Of a DNA stretch of 64,000 nt, positions 38,612 through 52,357 are shown one piece after another. A program made the translations under genes and the position numbers. The DNA comes from Vicugna vicugna. Lineage: Eukaryota. The stretch covers positions 2,214,747 to 2,278,746 of the forward strand of contig MU062062.1 in the NCBI GenBank assembly GCA_013265495.1, read 5' to 3'. The first letter of the stretch is position 1; each line of letters begins with the position of its first letter. A model generated the notes under the pieces. That model saw nothing but the letters and a program-made list of their open reading frames with translations, had not been told where the DNA came from and did not search any database.

Positions 38612-40990
38612 CTGCTGCCGGGGAGAGCAGACAGGTCCGCTGGGATCTTGGGGGATCCGGGCACCAGACACAGCCTGACTGCTGCCATCTTCCCAGGACT
38701 TAATCACCGCCATGACCAATACACTGAGTGGTGCTCAGTGACCGCTTACCAACTTCACAACCATCTACTTGGCTAAAACCCAGGGCCAAACAGAGGAAGA
38801 AAAGAATGAAGGCAGCTATGACACCAAAAAAGCCACAGTTCATTTCCACTAACCAAACTCATAGGGAAATAAAATCATTTTCAACATTTTAAGTTTCCAT
38901 CACAGATGAGTACAAATATAAAACAACTGAAAGTCAGTAACTTATCACAATCAAACACAGGAACATTCCACTTCTCAGGAGCCTGTTTAAAACTCACTTA
39001 GAATTCTGCTGCTGTATCAACAGACATGAGAGAGTCCACTTTACTTTCCTAAGTTACCAATAAAGTCTTTCACCCAAAGCTGAGGATAAACTAAAAACCT
39101 AACAGTCACCTAGGCTTCCAGTCTGTAAGAAAATATGTTTACTCATTCAATAAATACTCATCCAGTGCTTACACAGCGCCAGACCGAATGCTGGTCACAC
39201 TGCAGAGATGGGGAGACGGCCGCTGTCCCACACGTCCACGTGGAACAAAGTGCAGGCAGGTGATGGGGGGGCACTGCGGCCGGGAGAGACAGAGCTTATA
39301 TGCTAGCACAGAGGCCAGATCACACCCGTGGGCATGCGTGTGCACAGAGACAAATACAACAGTGTGGGAACACATGCCACAGGTACACACATGTAGTGTA
39401 AGGAAACGTGTCATGTGTACACACACAGAGAAGCCAAGGAGCAGGTGACAGTGCATGCTGGGGGCCACGTGGGGGACTTGACCAGCGAGGCCCGGCTGCA
39501 AAGGGACACACAGCTGACCAAGACGTGTGTCCAGGGAGGGAAGGTCTGGGGTCGCACAGGAAGAGCCATGACACGGGGCCTAGGGGGCCACAGGGTGGAG
39601 GGCTGGCGTGGTTTAAGGATGGCTGCTGGGTCTGAGTGCTGCAGGAGGGAGGGGAGTCTGCGGAAAGGAAGGGCCATGAGGCAGCCACTGGGGGTGTGGG
39701 CTGCCCTGCACAGACCACTCCACGTCCAGGGAGGGGACAGAAAAAGCTGCACGTAACCAGGGGTGCAAATCTCCTCCAGGGAGAGGAGAGCTCACCACCC
39801 ACGGGAACATTAGGCAGAAATGAGCTGTGTCAAGTTCTCTACATCAAGTCGCTACAAAGGACCCGCTCTGCGAGATCCACCCAAGGGTGGGGCAGGGGGA
39901 GGAGGCACGGGGTAAGGGAAGCAGGAGTGTCCAGCAGGGCTGGGGCAGGAAAGCGCACCAAGGATGGCGGGCCGGCAGAGGGCCCACCCTGGTCGTAGAG
40001 AGGAGAGACTGGACGAACAGCCAGTCTTGAGTCAGGGACCTGGCCCAGAGGCGATGGCAGCCAGGTCACAGGACCCTCCCCTTCGGCTGAGCTCTGATGG
40101 GAAGGCCTGTCTGGGTGGGGAGGAACAACAGTTCACCAGAAACTCCTGAAAGGAACGCCACGGCCCAAGGCTTTCCTTCGGACTGGACTGGTTCCTGGCC
40201 CCGGGGCGGGCAGGGAAGTCTGGATGGCTCTGCCAGCAAGTGCAGAAGAGTGCCAGGTGGGCCATAGCTCCTGCGCACCCCACCCCAACGGGGGATGCTC
40301 CGCAGAGGGGGACAAAAGTGGATCGCAGCACCACTGAGGAACCAGGATCAGCAAGGTGTCAAGGGCTGGGTGGAAGCAGAGACAGGAAAGGGGACGAGTG
40401 GAAGGTAACCTCAAACTTCCTGACAGTGTCACCGCTGCCCCCAGACCACAGCCTGTCCCTAACGGGCTCATCGCTGAGCACTCCGGAGGGAAGTGACAAG
40501 TGGCAGCAACACAGCGCCATCCTCAGAGGAGAAGCCGCAGGGCTCTGACGCGCCCCTAACTCAGGCCAGGACCCCCAGGGACTCCCAAACCCTGAGGCAG
40601 CAACTATCAAGCCAAAAGAGTCCCTGCACTCAATGCAAGCAAAATCCTAAAGAAAATAAAGCCAACTTTACATTCTAAGTAGGCCATTACGTTTTTTTAG
40701 TCTAAGTACTGTACGTAATTTTCCCTCTGACAAAATTAGTATTTTTAAAATTTTATTTGGGAAAAAAAATACATACAATGTTAACTCGTTTTCTAAACTT
40801 TCTAAGCATTAACCCTCACCCTCATCTCTGCCCTCTCCTCCCTCAGTGCTCACGTGTCTTTGGTGGACACGTGCATTAAGCAGAGCACATGACAGTTTGG
40901 TCACTTCACACGGGGAAAAACTGTTACGACAGAATGTGTAATACAATCAATCAGAAACAAATTGTTAAGACCTCAACTAAAGAAAGCTCA

Positions 40991-41121
40991 GGGAGAGGGT
41001 ATAGCTCAGAGGCAGCGTGTGTGCCCAGCATGCACGAGGTCCTGGGTTCAATTCCTAGTGCCTCCATTAAAAATAAATAAATGTAATTAATCCTCTCCCC
41101 ACAAAAAAACAAGCAAAAAAA
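40991..41121 (+). mobile_element. Camelid tRNA-derived SINE (vic-1-like), WDR37 intron 9
   Basis: gggagagggtatagctcagaggcag...gaggtcctgggttcaattcctagtgcctccattaaaaataaataaat: A box, B box, AT-rich tail. Confidence 0.85.
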
Positions 41122-42043
41122 TGCTTTTTAATTAAAAAAACTCATTCTTACTCATCACTGGAATGTATTAATTAGTCTGTCTCCAAACAGAACAATGTTT
41201 AGGAGGTCTTTAAAAAAGCAAAGAAATACTCAAAGGCAGAAATACCAAAAGTAGAATATCACCACCACCTCTAATGCTCATGAAACTCCTGCTTGACTAC
41301 GTAAACGCCGTCCGCGCTCCGCCTGGCAGACCGCGTCCACCTGGAAGGAGGGGCAGGAGGGCTGGCTGTGCGGACTCCAGCAAGAGCCGCCCTGGGCAGA
41401 GAGTAGGGGACGGGGTCGCCCAGACGGATCACTGAGACCCCGCGTGGCCACCCATGGAGGCACTGGGCTGCCGCACCCGTACCCAACAGTTTGGTCGTGG
41501 ACGCCCCCTCAGCAGGCAACACCTCCTGTTACCAATGTCAAAAGTGTCCCGACACAAAGGCGGCATCACACACGCCACTGTCTCACATGGCTCATCTCGT
41601 GTGAAAGTCAGACAAGCCATCTGAAGTCAAACACGTAGAAAATTAAGCAACACAACCTAACCATCAAACTTAGAAGAACTAACGTGAGCGAGTACATGTG
41701 TGGAAAGTGGGTGAAGGCAAACACGTCAGACAGACAGGGCTGGGCCTTCTCAGACACGGCTCCGGCCTGCTAGGGCCACAGAACAAAGTGCCAGGCAGTG
41801 CGGGACCAGGGGCAGCACCCTCCTCACTTCAGGGGGGGCTGTGCCAGAGCCCCTTCCCATGCGGACGCCCATCCTGGATCAGGGCCCCACCGCATGGCCT
41901 CACTAGACCCTGGTGACTCCCGGAGAAGCCCATCTCCAGACGCAGCCACACTGGGGCTTAAGGCTTCACGCCATGAATTTGGGGGGTGGGGGGAGACACA
42001 CATTCAGTCCGTAACAGTTACTCTAAGTTTGTCCTAAAACTTA

Positions 42044-42292
<249 letters not shown>

Positions 42293-42699
42293 TCACCTAA
42301 ACAGCCACTCCTGAGACTGAGTGTGCCACTGAGAACAGCAGCAGTGCACAGAACAACCCGCCCTTCGTTTTAGGGTACAGAGCTGTGAAGGCTCAGAGAG
42401 TATCTACACGCTGTAGGTTCTATCCTCCATCTTCGTAACCTACGAAAACTGACAGCCTGGGACACCACCACACACACTTCCCGCCCACTCAACCTGGACG
42501 CACCTCACAGCCCAGGGCAGCCGTGCACCGTGCCCTCACACGCCCCAGCCAAGCTGGCGAGGCAGTGCTGGGGCCTGGGAAGGCAGAGGGTGGCAGAGGG
42601 GCACAGACAGGACGCCCCAACTCCCCTCATGAGAGGGGAACTGAACTCCACCTTCTCAGCAAAGTGGCGGGTGGTGGCACGTGTCTGGTGGTGTCAAAG

Positions 42700-43250
42700 G
42701 AACCTACTGCCTGACTCTCCCATTTCCCTCCAGATCAGCGTCCTATCCAAACCCCCATCCAGCACTGCCCTCCCCAGACCACGACTTTCTGGGTCATTTC
42801 CAACAGCAGCTTTCTGACATGTCTCGTGATTCCATCCCCTCTCCAACCTCCAGCTGTCACTGGTCTCCCTCCACTTTCCCACCACAGACGGTCAACGTAC
42901 CAAGGCTCCAACTCCTCGCCTGCTCCACCCGCCCAGTGCTCATCCAGCTATCAACGAGCCACCGTGGCCAAGGCCTGTTAAAACAGGGCTCGCAAACTGA
43001 CCTTCCGGCCTGATCCACTTGCGTGTAAGAGTGCCCAGTCAGCCTCAATTCTGTCCTCTATCTCAGGGTCAACAAACCTGGCCCACAGGCCGGACCCAGG
43101 CCGCTGCCCACCCAGTAAACATAAACAAGGGTCACTGCCCGGACCACGTCCAGTCATCCGCGCCGTCTCTGGGCTTCCACAGAAACAGAGCGGAGCAACT
43201 GTGACCCCAACCGTGCGGCCCTCAGGATGAAAATACCTACTTCTGTTCCT
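42700..43250 (+). mobile_element. Possible decayed L2 fragment
   Basis: C-rich L2-like text (ccccagaccacgactttctgggtcatttccaacagc). Confidence 0.3.
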
Positions 43251-43843
43251 CTACAGAAAAGCTTGCCCACCTCTGGCCTAGACAGACACATCCTTCAAGA
43301 CTACCATCTGTGTCCACAGAACACCCGGGGTGCACAGGCGTCAGGCAACTTCACGGGGAAACCCCTCAACACGATAGTGAGATGTTTCTAAACCCACCAC
43401 GTAAAATTCAGACAGAACGAGCTACCACAGCTCTCTATGGGAGAGCTCCTCAGAAAGGAGTGAATATGCTGGCTCTGCAGAGCACCGGGGCTCAGGGCTG
43501 CTGATTTTCTCATTTCTGAACTGACAGGGCTTCAGAGAACTGGGCACGTCGCCGAGACGCGTCCCGCCTGAGCACGGAGAACGGGCGGTGGTGACAGGCT
43601 TCGTGAAGACGTCGAGGAAGACGCAATCGAGTCCCTTCTCACCCTGAAGTCCAGCTCACCTAACCTGCAATCCATGCTGGTTCAGAAGAGCACTCCTCAC
43701 TGTATTTTTCCTTATTCACTTCTTGTGTAATTTGTAAAATACCTAACGACTAACTTCTGTGAAAGGCCTGGGTAAGAAAGGAAAGATGACTGTTGTCTAA
43801 GACCAACAAGTAACTGTTCAATAAAGAAAAAAAATCAACATAC

Positions 43844-43888
43844 CAGTAAGAGCCAGCTGCTCCGACGGGTGAAACTTTATCGAATTTA
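43844..43888 (-). CDS. WDR37: WDR37 exon 8 (45-nt exon)
   Basis: Strong polypyrimidine tract plus AG, and GTATGT donor. (V)NSIKFHPSEQLALT; phase fits its neighbours. Confidence 0.95.
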
Positions 43889-45599
43889 CTGCAAAATAAA
43901 AAAAGAAACAAGTTTAAAAACGTATCATCAATATTCCTTACAACTATAGCATATACTGCAAAGTTAAATTTTAAAACTTTAGAACTGTAACATTGATAGT
44001 TCAACATTGAATCTTTGCATTCAAACTATGAATCAATGTGCAAGTTAAAAAGAACAGACATACAATATAAAAACACCAAACCTGAACTACCAAACTGCTC
44101 AAGAGTGGGATACACAGAAAAGAATGTGAACAACTGATTGTTTTTTACACATAGGGTCGTCTAGGGTTGAAAGCAGACCAGGATGAAAAAAGAGAACATA
44201 ACTCTAACAGGCAGAGGCAGGTCACAGTGGGGGACACCACAAGCCCGCCTCCCTCCTTCCCAGCGTCCAGACACCCAGTCTGCTCCGCTCCAGCAGAGCT
44301 GGGGACTCAGGGAAGGCAGACCCCGCCGGCTCCGGGACAGACAGCTCGGGACAGCTAGGGACCAGGTGAGGACAGCTGAGATGCGCCCCGGGGCTTCGCT
44401 CCAGATGCAGGAATCTTCTGGGGAGGCTCTGCTTTTCTGCATAACCAGCAAGAACCAGGAGGGTGGTGCCCGAGCCATGGGCCCTGCCCCGTGAGGTGAA
44501 CAGCGGGCAGCCCAAGGACTCGGAGTCCAAACCCCAGCCCCACCACGACACTGTCTGGGGACAGACCGGTCCTGTGCCCTCCTGCCTGCCACGCTCTCCT
44601 TGGGCAGACGACAGGGCTCAGGATGGGCAGAGGCCCTGCCCCGTCAGCAGCTCCTGCCACCCGACACAGGGCCGACCCAGCGCACACAGGCAGCCCGACA
44701 CAGAACGGACGGGGAGCATCACCAAACCGCAGCAAACTGCCCTGCACTAAGACTCCTCCAGCTACGCCGTTAGACTTACATTTTTCTAAACAACTGGAAA
44801 ACCAAGACGGTGCTCTTTCACTATTACCACCTTCAAGTAACTGGAGGCCTGGTGAAGCCTGTGACGGCCTGAAAAACGGTCAACCAAGAAAAACCGCTCC
44901 AACTAAACTACGACCACGCTGCTACCAAACGGCAGTACTGCTCCCAACTCCAAGGGTGACTTTCACTTCTCGGCGTCCACGTAAACTCCGCACACTCGTA
45001 ACGATGGTGGGAATCTCGGCAGCGCTTGCTCACGGGCTCCCCAAGGTGTAGGTGAAGGGTGCAGGGCGAGCCTGGTGACCGCCAACAGCACGGCCGTTTA
45101 TCCCAGGAACTGTTTCCACTCACGGGGCAGGACACAGGCTGCCTACGCCTGGCAAGTAGGGCCGGAGGCCCATGCAGGGGCAGTGAGGCTGCGGAGCCGA
45201 CACCCAGCAGGTCAGGCTCGCCCACAGCACCAGCAGCACCTACTTTAAAGACACGGCTGACCTGATGTCCAGCAGCCACGTGTGGAGCAGGAGAGGGTGC
45301 CAGAGACAGCAGTTCTTGGCCACGAGCCCCAGAGACACGCCGTCTCTCGATCGCATGACTAACAGGCACGGGAGTTGCGGTCTGAGAGGAGGAGGCAGCA
45401 GAGGAGACAGGACTGCCCGGCCAGATGCACCTGTCAGGCCCAGGGGAGCTGCGAACCTCGGCACTTCCTCTCCTGGGGCAGAGGGGCCAGTCGACAAGTG
45501 GGCGTCCTGTCCGGGGATCCAAGAGGGACAAGGCAGGCGATGGACAGTCAAACCATCTTCAGTGCACTGCACTGATTAGACCCCAGGGGCTCAGGCTCC

Positions 45600-46170
45600 C
45601 CTCATCACAGGAGCCTCGGTCACGGTCAGAGCACTGCCGACTGGAAGAGCAAAAGCAGGCGCACGGCAACACCAGCCTGGTGCCGAGGCAGCGTCCCTCT
45701 GTTCTCCTGGAGCTCCTCCAAACGCAGCATGAGTCCCAAAGGAAATATGCACAAAGCCACAGTGAACGATGCACAAGAATGAGAAGAGACACCCAGAAAA
45801 CACTGGGGTCCGCAGGTGACCGATGGACATGAGGAGGGACATCTACAGGCTGCCAAGGCCCACGGAATGCCTAACATAATTCTTTCCAAAAAAGACCTAC
45901 AAAGCAGAAGTCCTACAGTCTGCAAGAGAAAAACATCCCATCACCCGAGAAGGACCAAGAGTCAAGAGAGCGTTCGACTTCTACTCATTCCTAAAAACTA
46001 CCAAAAATAGGCCAACAGAACACTGCCTTCAACTTCCAAATAAAAGTACCTCCTGTACAGAAAACTACATTCAGACAACCAACTGATCGAGTGTAAGGGT
46101 GAAATACACTTTTCCAGCACGTGAAGTCTCAAAAGCCGTCCTCTAAGACACCTTTAATAAGGAAGCCACG
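45600..46170 (+). mobile_element. Possible old L1/HAL1 ORF1-region fragment
   Basis: A-rich; ggaccaagagtcaagagagcgttcgacttct ... gagtgtaagggtgaaatacacttttcc resembles the L1 ORF1 C-terminal region. Confidence 0.35.
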
Positions 46171-47498
46171 GAAGACAGGCTTCCCTAGAGGAGGAGGAGG
46201 AACAGGGCCCAGAAGAGGGAGGAGGAAACGGACGAAAGCCCAGGGGATACGGAAGGCCTGGGTGCCAACAGGTCAGAGGGATGAAGGCTCCAGGGAGGGG
46301 CCGAGGGTGACAGCAAAGGGACCCACCCCGCTGAGCCCACTCACGTGCAGGGACGCCCCACGTCGGGCAGACAGGTACAGAACGAGGCCAAAGAAAAAGG
46401 CCACCACTCCCCTCAGAAAACAAAACTGAGCACTGAAGGACGGCAGGTACACGGTGGGCCGGGAGCCATGCAGAGCAGCCACGGTCAGGTGAAACCCACA
46501 CACCCACGGAAATGAGTCGCGCTGGGACTGCCGGGAGGGACGGGCTCCGGGAGAACGGGGGCAGCAAGTGAGTAAACCCTCACGCTCCCTCAGAGTCACC
46601 TCTTCCTCTAAAACTCAAAAGGTAAGGAGAGAGACAGATGCTGCTTTGCGAAGTGAAGATGGAGAGTGAGGAGGGGTGAGGCAGGAGGCTGCTGTTCACT
46701 TTGACGCAGGCTGCCTAATCCTTTCTTAATTTGGAGGCTATGTATACATATTAACTTTTTTAGTATTTTTGAAGAGTACATTTGAAGTGAGGAAGCAGAG
46801 ACAGTCCACACCACTCACTTAACAAAGTCTGGTGTTGTAGCCACTCCAGGCACCAGCAGACCCCCCAGACACGGGCCTGGGGAGACGTCTGTGTGCGAAA
46901 GGGAGGAGCTGGTTCACATGCTGCAGGACCAGACAGAGGAGAGTGGACAACAGGGGTGCCTGACGGAGTGGCGCCCCAGAAGAGGGAGAAGCCTGGGTCC
47001 ACGGCCCCGGCGGGACACGAGGCACCTCCTCCCCTCCACCAAGGGACCAAGACGGGTCCACAAGCCCAGGTCTGTGGGGGGCACCCTGCGTCCCCCTGCA
47101 GAGGTAAGGGCGTGGCAGTGGCTGTGAGGGGTGAGCAAGCGGTGGGTGGGCAGCATCACAGACAAGACTGGAGACAGCACTCCAGCTGGAAGGAACCCAG
47201 GGCGCTGGGAGGAACAAGGGAGGCCTACGCACTGGTGCCGCAGGAGGAGCCACTGCGCTCTGCCGGCAAGGAGCCCAGGGCCGACAGCACTCTGCGCAGG
47301 CCCAACACACACGCCACACTGGATTTGTTAATAACAGCGCACGCGTCCCAGCTCCAAACCAAGTATGTGAGGCTTTCTCTCCACCCAGCACTCTGGACAA
47401 CACTGTCCAGGAAGCTGAGATGCCCCTTCATGAGGCTTGCACAGCTAGAGGTCAAGACCCGTCCGTCGGAGAGGATGCCCAGCAGTTCGGATGCTCAC

Positions 47499-47570
47499 CT
47501 GACCCCACATGACCCGTGTACTTGGCGAGACTCCGTCCCGTCTCTATGCTCCAAAGCAGAGCTGTGTGAT
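47499..47570 (-). CDS. WDR37: WDR37 exon 7
   Basis: 72 nt, AG/GTGAGC. (D)[23 protein letters not shown]. Confidence 0.95.
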
Positions 47571-48633
47571 CTGCAAGATTGAAACAAACACGAGTGAGCT
47601 GTTGCCGATTTTATGGTCTTTTTAACAAAAAGTAAGAGAAAACCCTAACACTGGTAAGTTACATTACCACTAATTCCTCTTGCAATTCTGCTCTGACTAC
47701 CCCGTAACTCAACTGCTCAAAAACAAACGTTTCCAAGAGGATGGGAGAAGCTGGTGACCTGCCCGAGGCCAGGGGACAGGCCAGTGAAATCTGGGGACCT
47801 GACTCCTACACACTGTGGCACTCACTGCCTGCACCAGGCTTGCGACTTAGGTCACAGGGTCACCCACATCAAGGGCTCATTATTTTGTTGAAACATTGAG
47901 ACTTTTCAGAACATCAGGCAATATTCAAATCAAGCAGCATCCAAATTCTGCTATAAATTATCGGTGATAACGTATGTTCCTATGGATTTGACTTCTTTGG
48001 GCATAATAATGAAAAGATAAAGGAGACTTGAGAGAAGCCTGAAAAAAGCTGCCAACTATCCAAGAGAGATTTCAGAAACAACAGAAAAGGGTCTTTGTAT
48101 CCTTTTTTACCTGTAATTTCCAAAATAATCTGGGATGCTCACATACGACCATATTTTTTAAAAAAGAAAGAACTCTTCATCACTCTACTTTAGTATTTCC
48201 TATTTCCACCTTAAAACGCAGAATCTAGTGAGTAACTTCTCACAAGCTGGTGAAATCATTTTTAACAAGCGAGCACCATTTTTCATTTTAGCAATTTTCT
48301 TCTCAAGGGTTAGTTACTAGGTTATGCACCTCAAATAGCTTTCAAAAAACACATTCTCCTCAGTGAGGAGAAAAGGATCTCTCTGATAGTGAACTCAGGG
48401 CTGCCTGCAGCTCCCATCACCTCAGCCCTGGGCCGGCGTGACCGGACCACACAGCACGTCCCTTGGTTGGATCTCACGAGTGGGGAAAAAATGTGACAAG
48501 TGCATCTGAAGCAAATGCACAAATGACTGTGGATAACAGGAAAGCCAGTGAAAAATACCTAAGTGACCAAGACTTGCTCCACCGTACAGTGACTCCACAC
48601 ACGGAGGGCCCACTAGACACGGCACCACACTCA

Positions 48634-48969
<336 letters not shown>

Positions 48970-50775
48970 TTACCGAGCGCAGGTTTTTAAGTTAAAAAAA
49001 AAAAGTAAGGCAGAAGATGTCTTGAAAATGCATAATCGTTGAACAGAACATTTAAAAGTTAAAACAATACAAGAGCAAAGAGTGGCCTCATCCAGCCACA
49101 TCTCAGGAAGCAGGAATGAAGCTCTCACGAAGGCCTCAGAGAAGCCCACTGTTCCCACGCCTTGTCCGGGGCCAACCGCAGAAGGAGGGCCTGCGTGTGC
49201 ATTTCGAGTCCTCTCCACAAGTCCAGGCCATCACAGTCTCCATGTTCTTTTTAAAAAGAGCTAGGAGGACGTGGAAAGTCAGGAAGGTAAACCTCAAACT
49301 TGTAACACTAATTACTCTTATCACTGGGGGTCTTTTCTTGTTTGTTTTTGTAACTTACACCAACCACGTGTTACTAGGAGGTAGAGAGTCCCAGGCAGGG
49401 ATGAACCCAAAGACAACACCTGTAACAGATAAGGTTTACTGAGCGTGGGCTGTGAAGCACGGAAACAGGAGGGAGACAGAGCGGAGAGACGGTGGCCTCG
49501 GCAGCACACAGTCCCGCAGGGACACGGAGGGACACGTGGTCACGCGCCATCACTCACTCACTCTCTCTTACACGGGAAGTGCGTGAGGAAGACACTAGTT
49601 AAACTCAAAGAACTCTTCAGGGTTTGGTTTTTAAACTGTTCTCAGATACAAGATGGCTCTCAGCTTTTAAGCAAATCAGAATAACGCGTATTAATCAGAC
49701 TGAAACCATAAATCGAGTGAAGAAAACTGGTTATACAGCCGTTTCAAACACTGACTTAGCAAAGCCCTAAAAATGAAGCTAAATTTCAGTATGAACACTT
49801 AAAACCCAATCCACTGCTCCATCAACTTAGACTGAGCATGCAAATTACTCCTGATACAGCAAAAGACTCAAACAAATGCACAGTGGAGAGACTGACCTTC
49901 CACAGGAAATAAACAGCCCCCAGCTCAGTCTAAACTGACAGGAACCACAGAGAGGCTCCTCCTCGACCCTATCACCCTCTCCCCCTGAACACTCCGTCCT
50001 CCTAGTACAGCCACGCTCTGGGTCCACAAGGAAGTGTGCCTTCGGCCTCGGGGCCAGCCAGGTGCTGTCCGGAGGGAGGAGGAGTCAAAGAACAAGGCCA
50101 GGGTGATGAAGGCTCTGGCGTTTCCAACACAAAGCCCCCGTTACAAGAAAAGAGTTGCTACCCACTTTCCTCACCGACCCCTCCATCAGAGGGAACAGAG
50201 GGTCCAGGCCCCCCGTGCCTCTGCCGGCGCTCCAGAAGCCAGCACGTGGTTACCATACTGCACCGCCTCGTGCGGGGCTTCCAGGTGCCCGTGACGCTCT
50301 GATCGCCTGTAACCCTGTCTGCTCTAAAAATGCAGCCTCAGTCACACTGCAGAGGCCCACAAGTCGCCTGAATTACTCCAAGGGAACGTGTGACAAAGCA
50401 GGGTGCTTCTTGACTGTTGTCTTCACTAAGGTACAATGTAAAGTACACTAAAAACCAGGAGAGGTTTCTCAGTGAAAGAATCTTATCTTTATAAAAACAT
50501 GTGTGAACAGTTTCACAAGTTCCTGTAAAGCGTCTGCGGCCAGAACACAGCCCCCTCCATGGGCCTCAGAGACATGACACCAGTCCCAGGAGGGGCAGGT
50601 CAGCGGGTCACTCAGCACACTTCTCCCCACACAGGGTCCAGGCCATCCACACTGATCCGCAGAGGGCAGTGAGGAGCCTACACCCTGTTCAGCTCCACCT
50701 CGAGAACACACGCCACAGCCGGGCCAGGTGCGCCCTGGTCTCAGATCACCCCTCGAATTTCCTGGTCTCCCTTTA

Positions 50776-50910
50776 GGGTTGGGCACAATGCAATGGCAGA
50801 GAGCTGCTCAGTAGGCATGAGGTCCTGGGCGCCTCCACTAAAATAAAGCAACTAATAATAAATAAATAGACCTAATAACTCCCTCCTCCACAAACAAAAA
50901 CAAACAAAAG
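50776..50910 (+). mobile_element. Degenerate, internally deleted vic-1-like SINE, WDR37 intron 5
   Basis: catgaggtcctggg...cctccactaaaataaa...aaataaatagacctaataactccctcc shares the vic-1 core and tail. Confidence 0.6.
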
Positions 50911-51840
50911 AGACTGCACGCAACGCCACGGAGGTCGTGAGTCACACACTTCCTACAAACGCAGATAAATTTTTAGTCTCTAAAATGACTGCAGCTTTCA
51001 ATATCTCCAATACATTTTTAAAGCAATTACTATACACCTTTACCTTTGCCCAAATTTTAGTTTTTACTACTCGTGCTAAGGGCTAACATTACATAATCCT
51101 TTCTTCCTCTACCTCAAAATAACCAGAAAGTACTGGAATTCTAAGACCATACACTGTATACATAAAGTGCAACAAACAATGCAACTCAAAACAATGTAAC
51201 AAGAAGTTAGATGAGGAAGACATAACCTCACATGGCATTTTAAAGAAGTTCAACGTTAATTTACTAAAAACTTCAAAACTACTGCACCTAAGCTGGATAA
51301 CACAGAACACAGTAATTTTTAATTAGCCGCTTACACCCTAAAGTTTCAAAAGAAACACAAGCAAATGTCAGTGATGTTCAGGCTGTTTGTAAACAGAAGG
51401 CTTCCAAGGCGTCTCAAGAAAGCAGGAGTCTCGCCGTGGGCACCAAGGTAAATGGCTTTGAGCTTCAAGGGAACAAACTAGGAAATAAAAAGCTAACAAT
51501 AACTACTTACACCTTCCCACCCGACTCACCACAAATTTCAACAGCTCCCTAAGGTGTAGCAAAAGTAATGTGCACTCAGGAAGGTTAGGTAATTAATTAA
51601 TCTTTTGTTTATTTCAAATACTCCGAAGTGGAGATGCACACAAAGCTACCTCAAAATACTACTTCACAGTGTATTCCCCCACAGATAATTAATTCCCAAA
51701 TAATTAAATCCTTGCCACTTTAAGAAGGTCACAGCACAACAACTTAAGAAAAAGCAAAACATTACAAATGCCCCTATTGGCCTTGGAGACAGACTGTCAC
51801 TTCTTGATTGCACTCAGAAAACTAAAGAGGTGGATACTTG

Positions 51841-51977
51841 TTTGTCTGATTTTGTTGTGTTTGGAGGCAGGAGAGGTAATTGGGTTTATTTATTTATTTT
51901 AATGGAGGTACTGGGGTTGAACCCAGGACCTCGTGCATGCCAGGCACGCACTCTACCACTGAGCTACACCCTCTCCC
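51841..51977 (-). mobile_element. vic-1-like SINE, WDR37 intron 5 (sense to WDR37)
   Basis: Reverse complement reads gggagagggtgtagctcagtggtagagtgcgtgcctggcatgcacgaggtcctgggttcaaccccagtacctccattaaaataaataaataaacccaattacc; imperfect TSD aagaggtg(g/a)at on both flanks. Confidence 0.9.
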
Positions 51978-52292
51978 AAGAAGAGGTGAATGAAACATAA
52001 CCACAGCTCAGAACCTAAGTTCCACTGCTTTATACCCATTTATCAGCTTGCTCCAAATTCAATCTCTTTATTAAGCCAAATAACAATACAAAATGTACCT
52101 TCTCTCAAAAAAGACCACACTCACAAACACACAACATACAAGCTCACTGAGGAGCAGAGGTGATGCCCGGTGTCCATGCACTGTGGCCACCTGTCACCGA
52201 CAAGGCTCCTTCCAGAAATTCGGTTCGTCTCCCTCCACCACACACAGCTGCACACCCTGCACACCGCGTGACGGCCCAAGCGCCACACGCAC

Positions 52293-52357
52293 CTTGCTTG
52301 TGGAGGCCTTGTAGGTGGTCTTCAGCTTCTGAGAAAGCTGGCTCGTGCTGTGGCTGG
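52293..52357 (-). CDS. WDR37: WDR37 exon 5
   Basis: 65 nt, AG/GTGCGT. (A)SHSTSQLSQKLKTTYKASTSK. This is the segment carrying the human syndrome missense cluster (S119, T125, S129, T130, from memory), all intact here. Confidence 0.96.
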
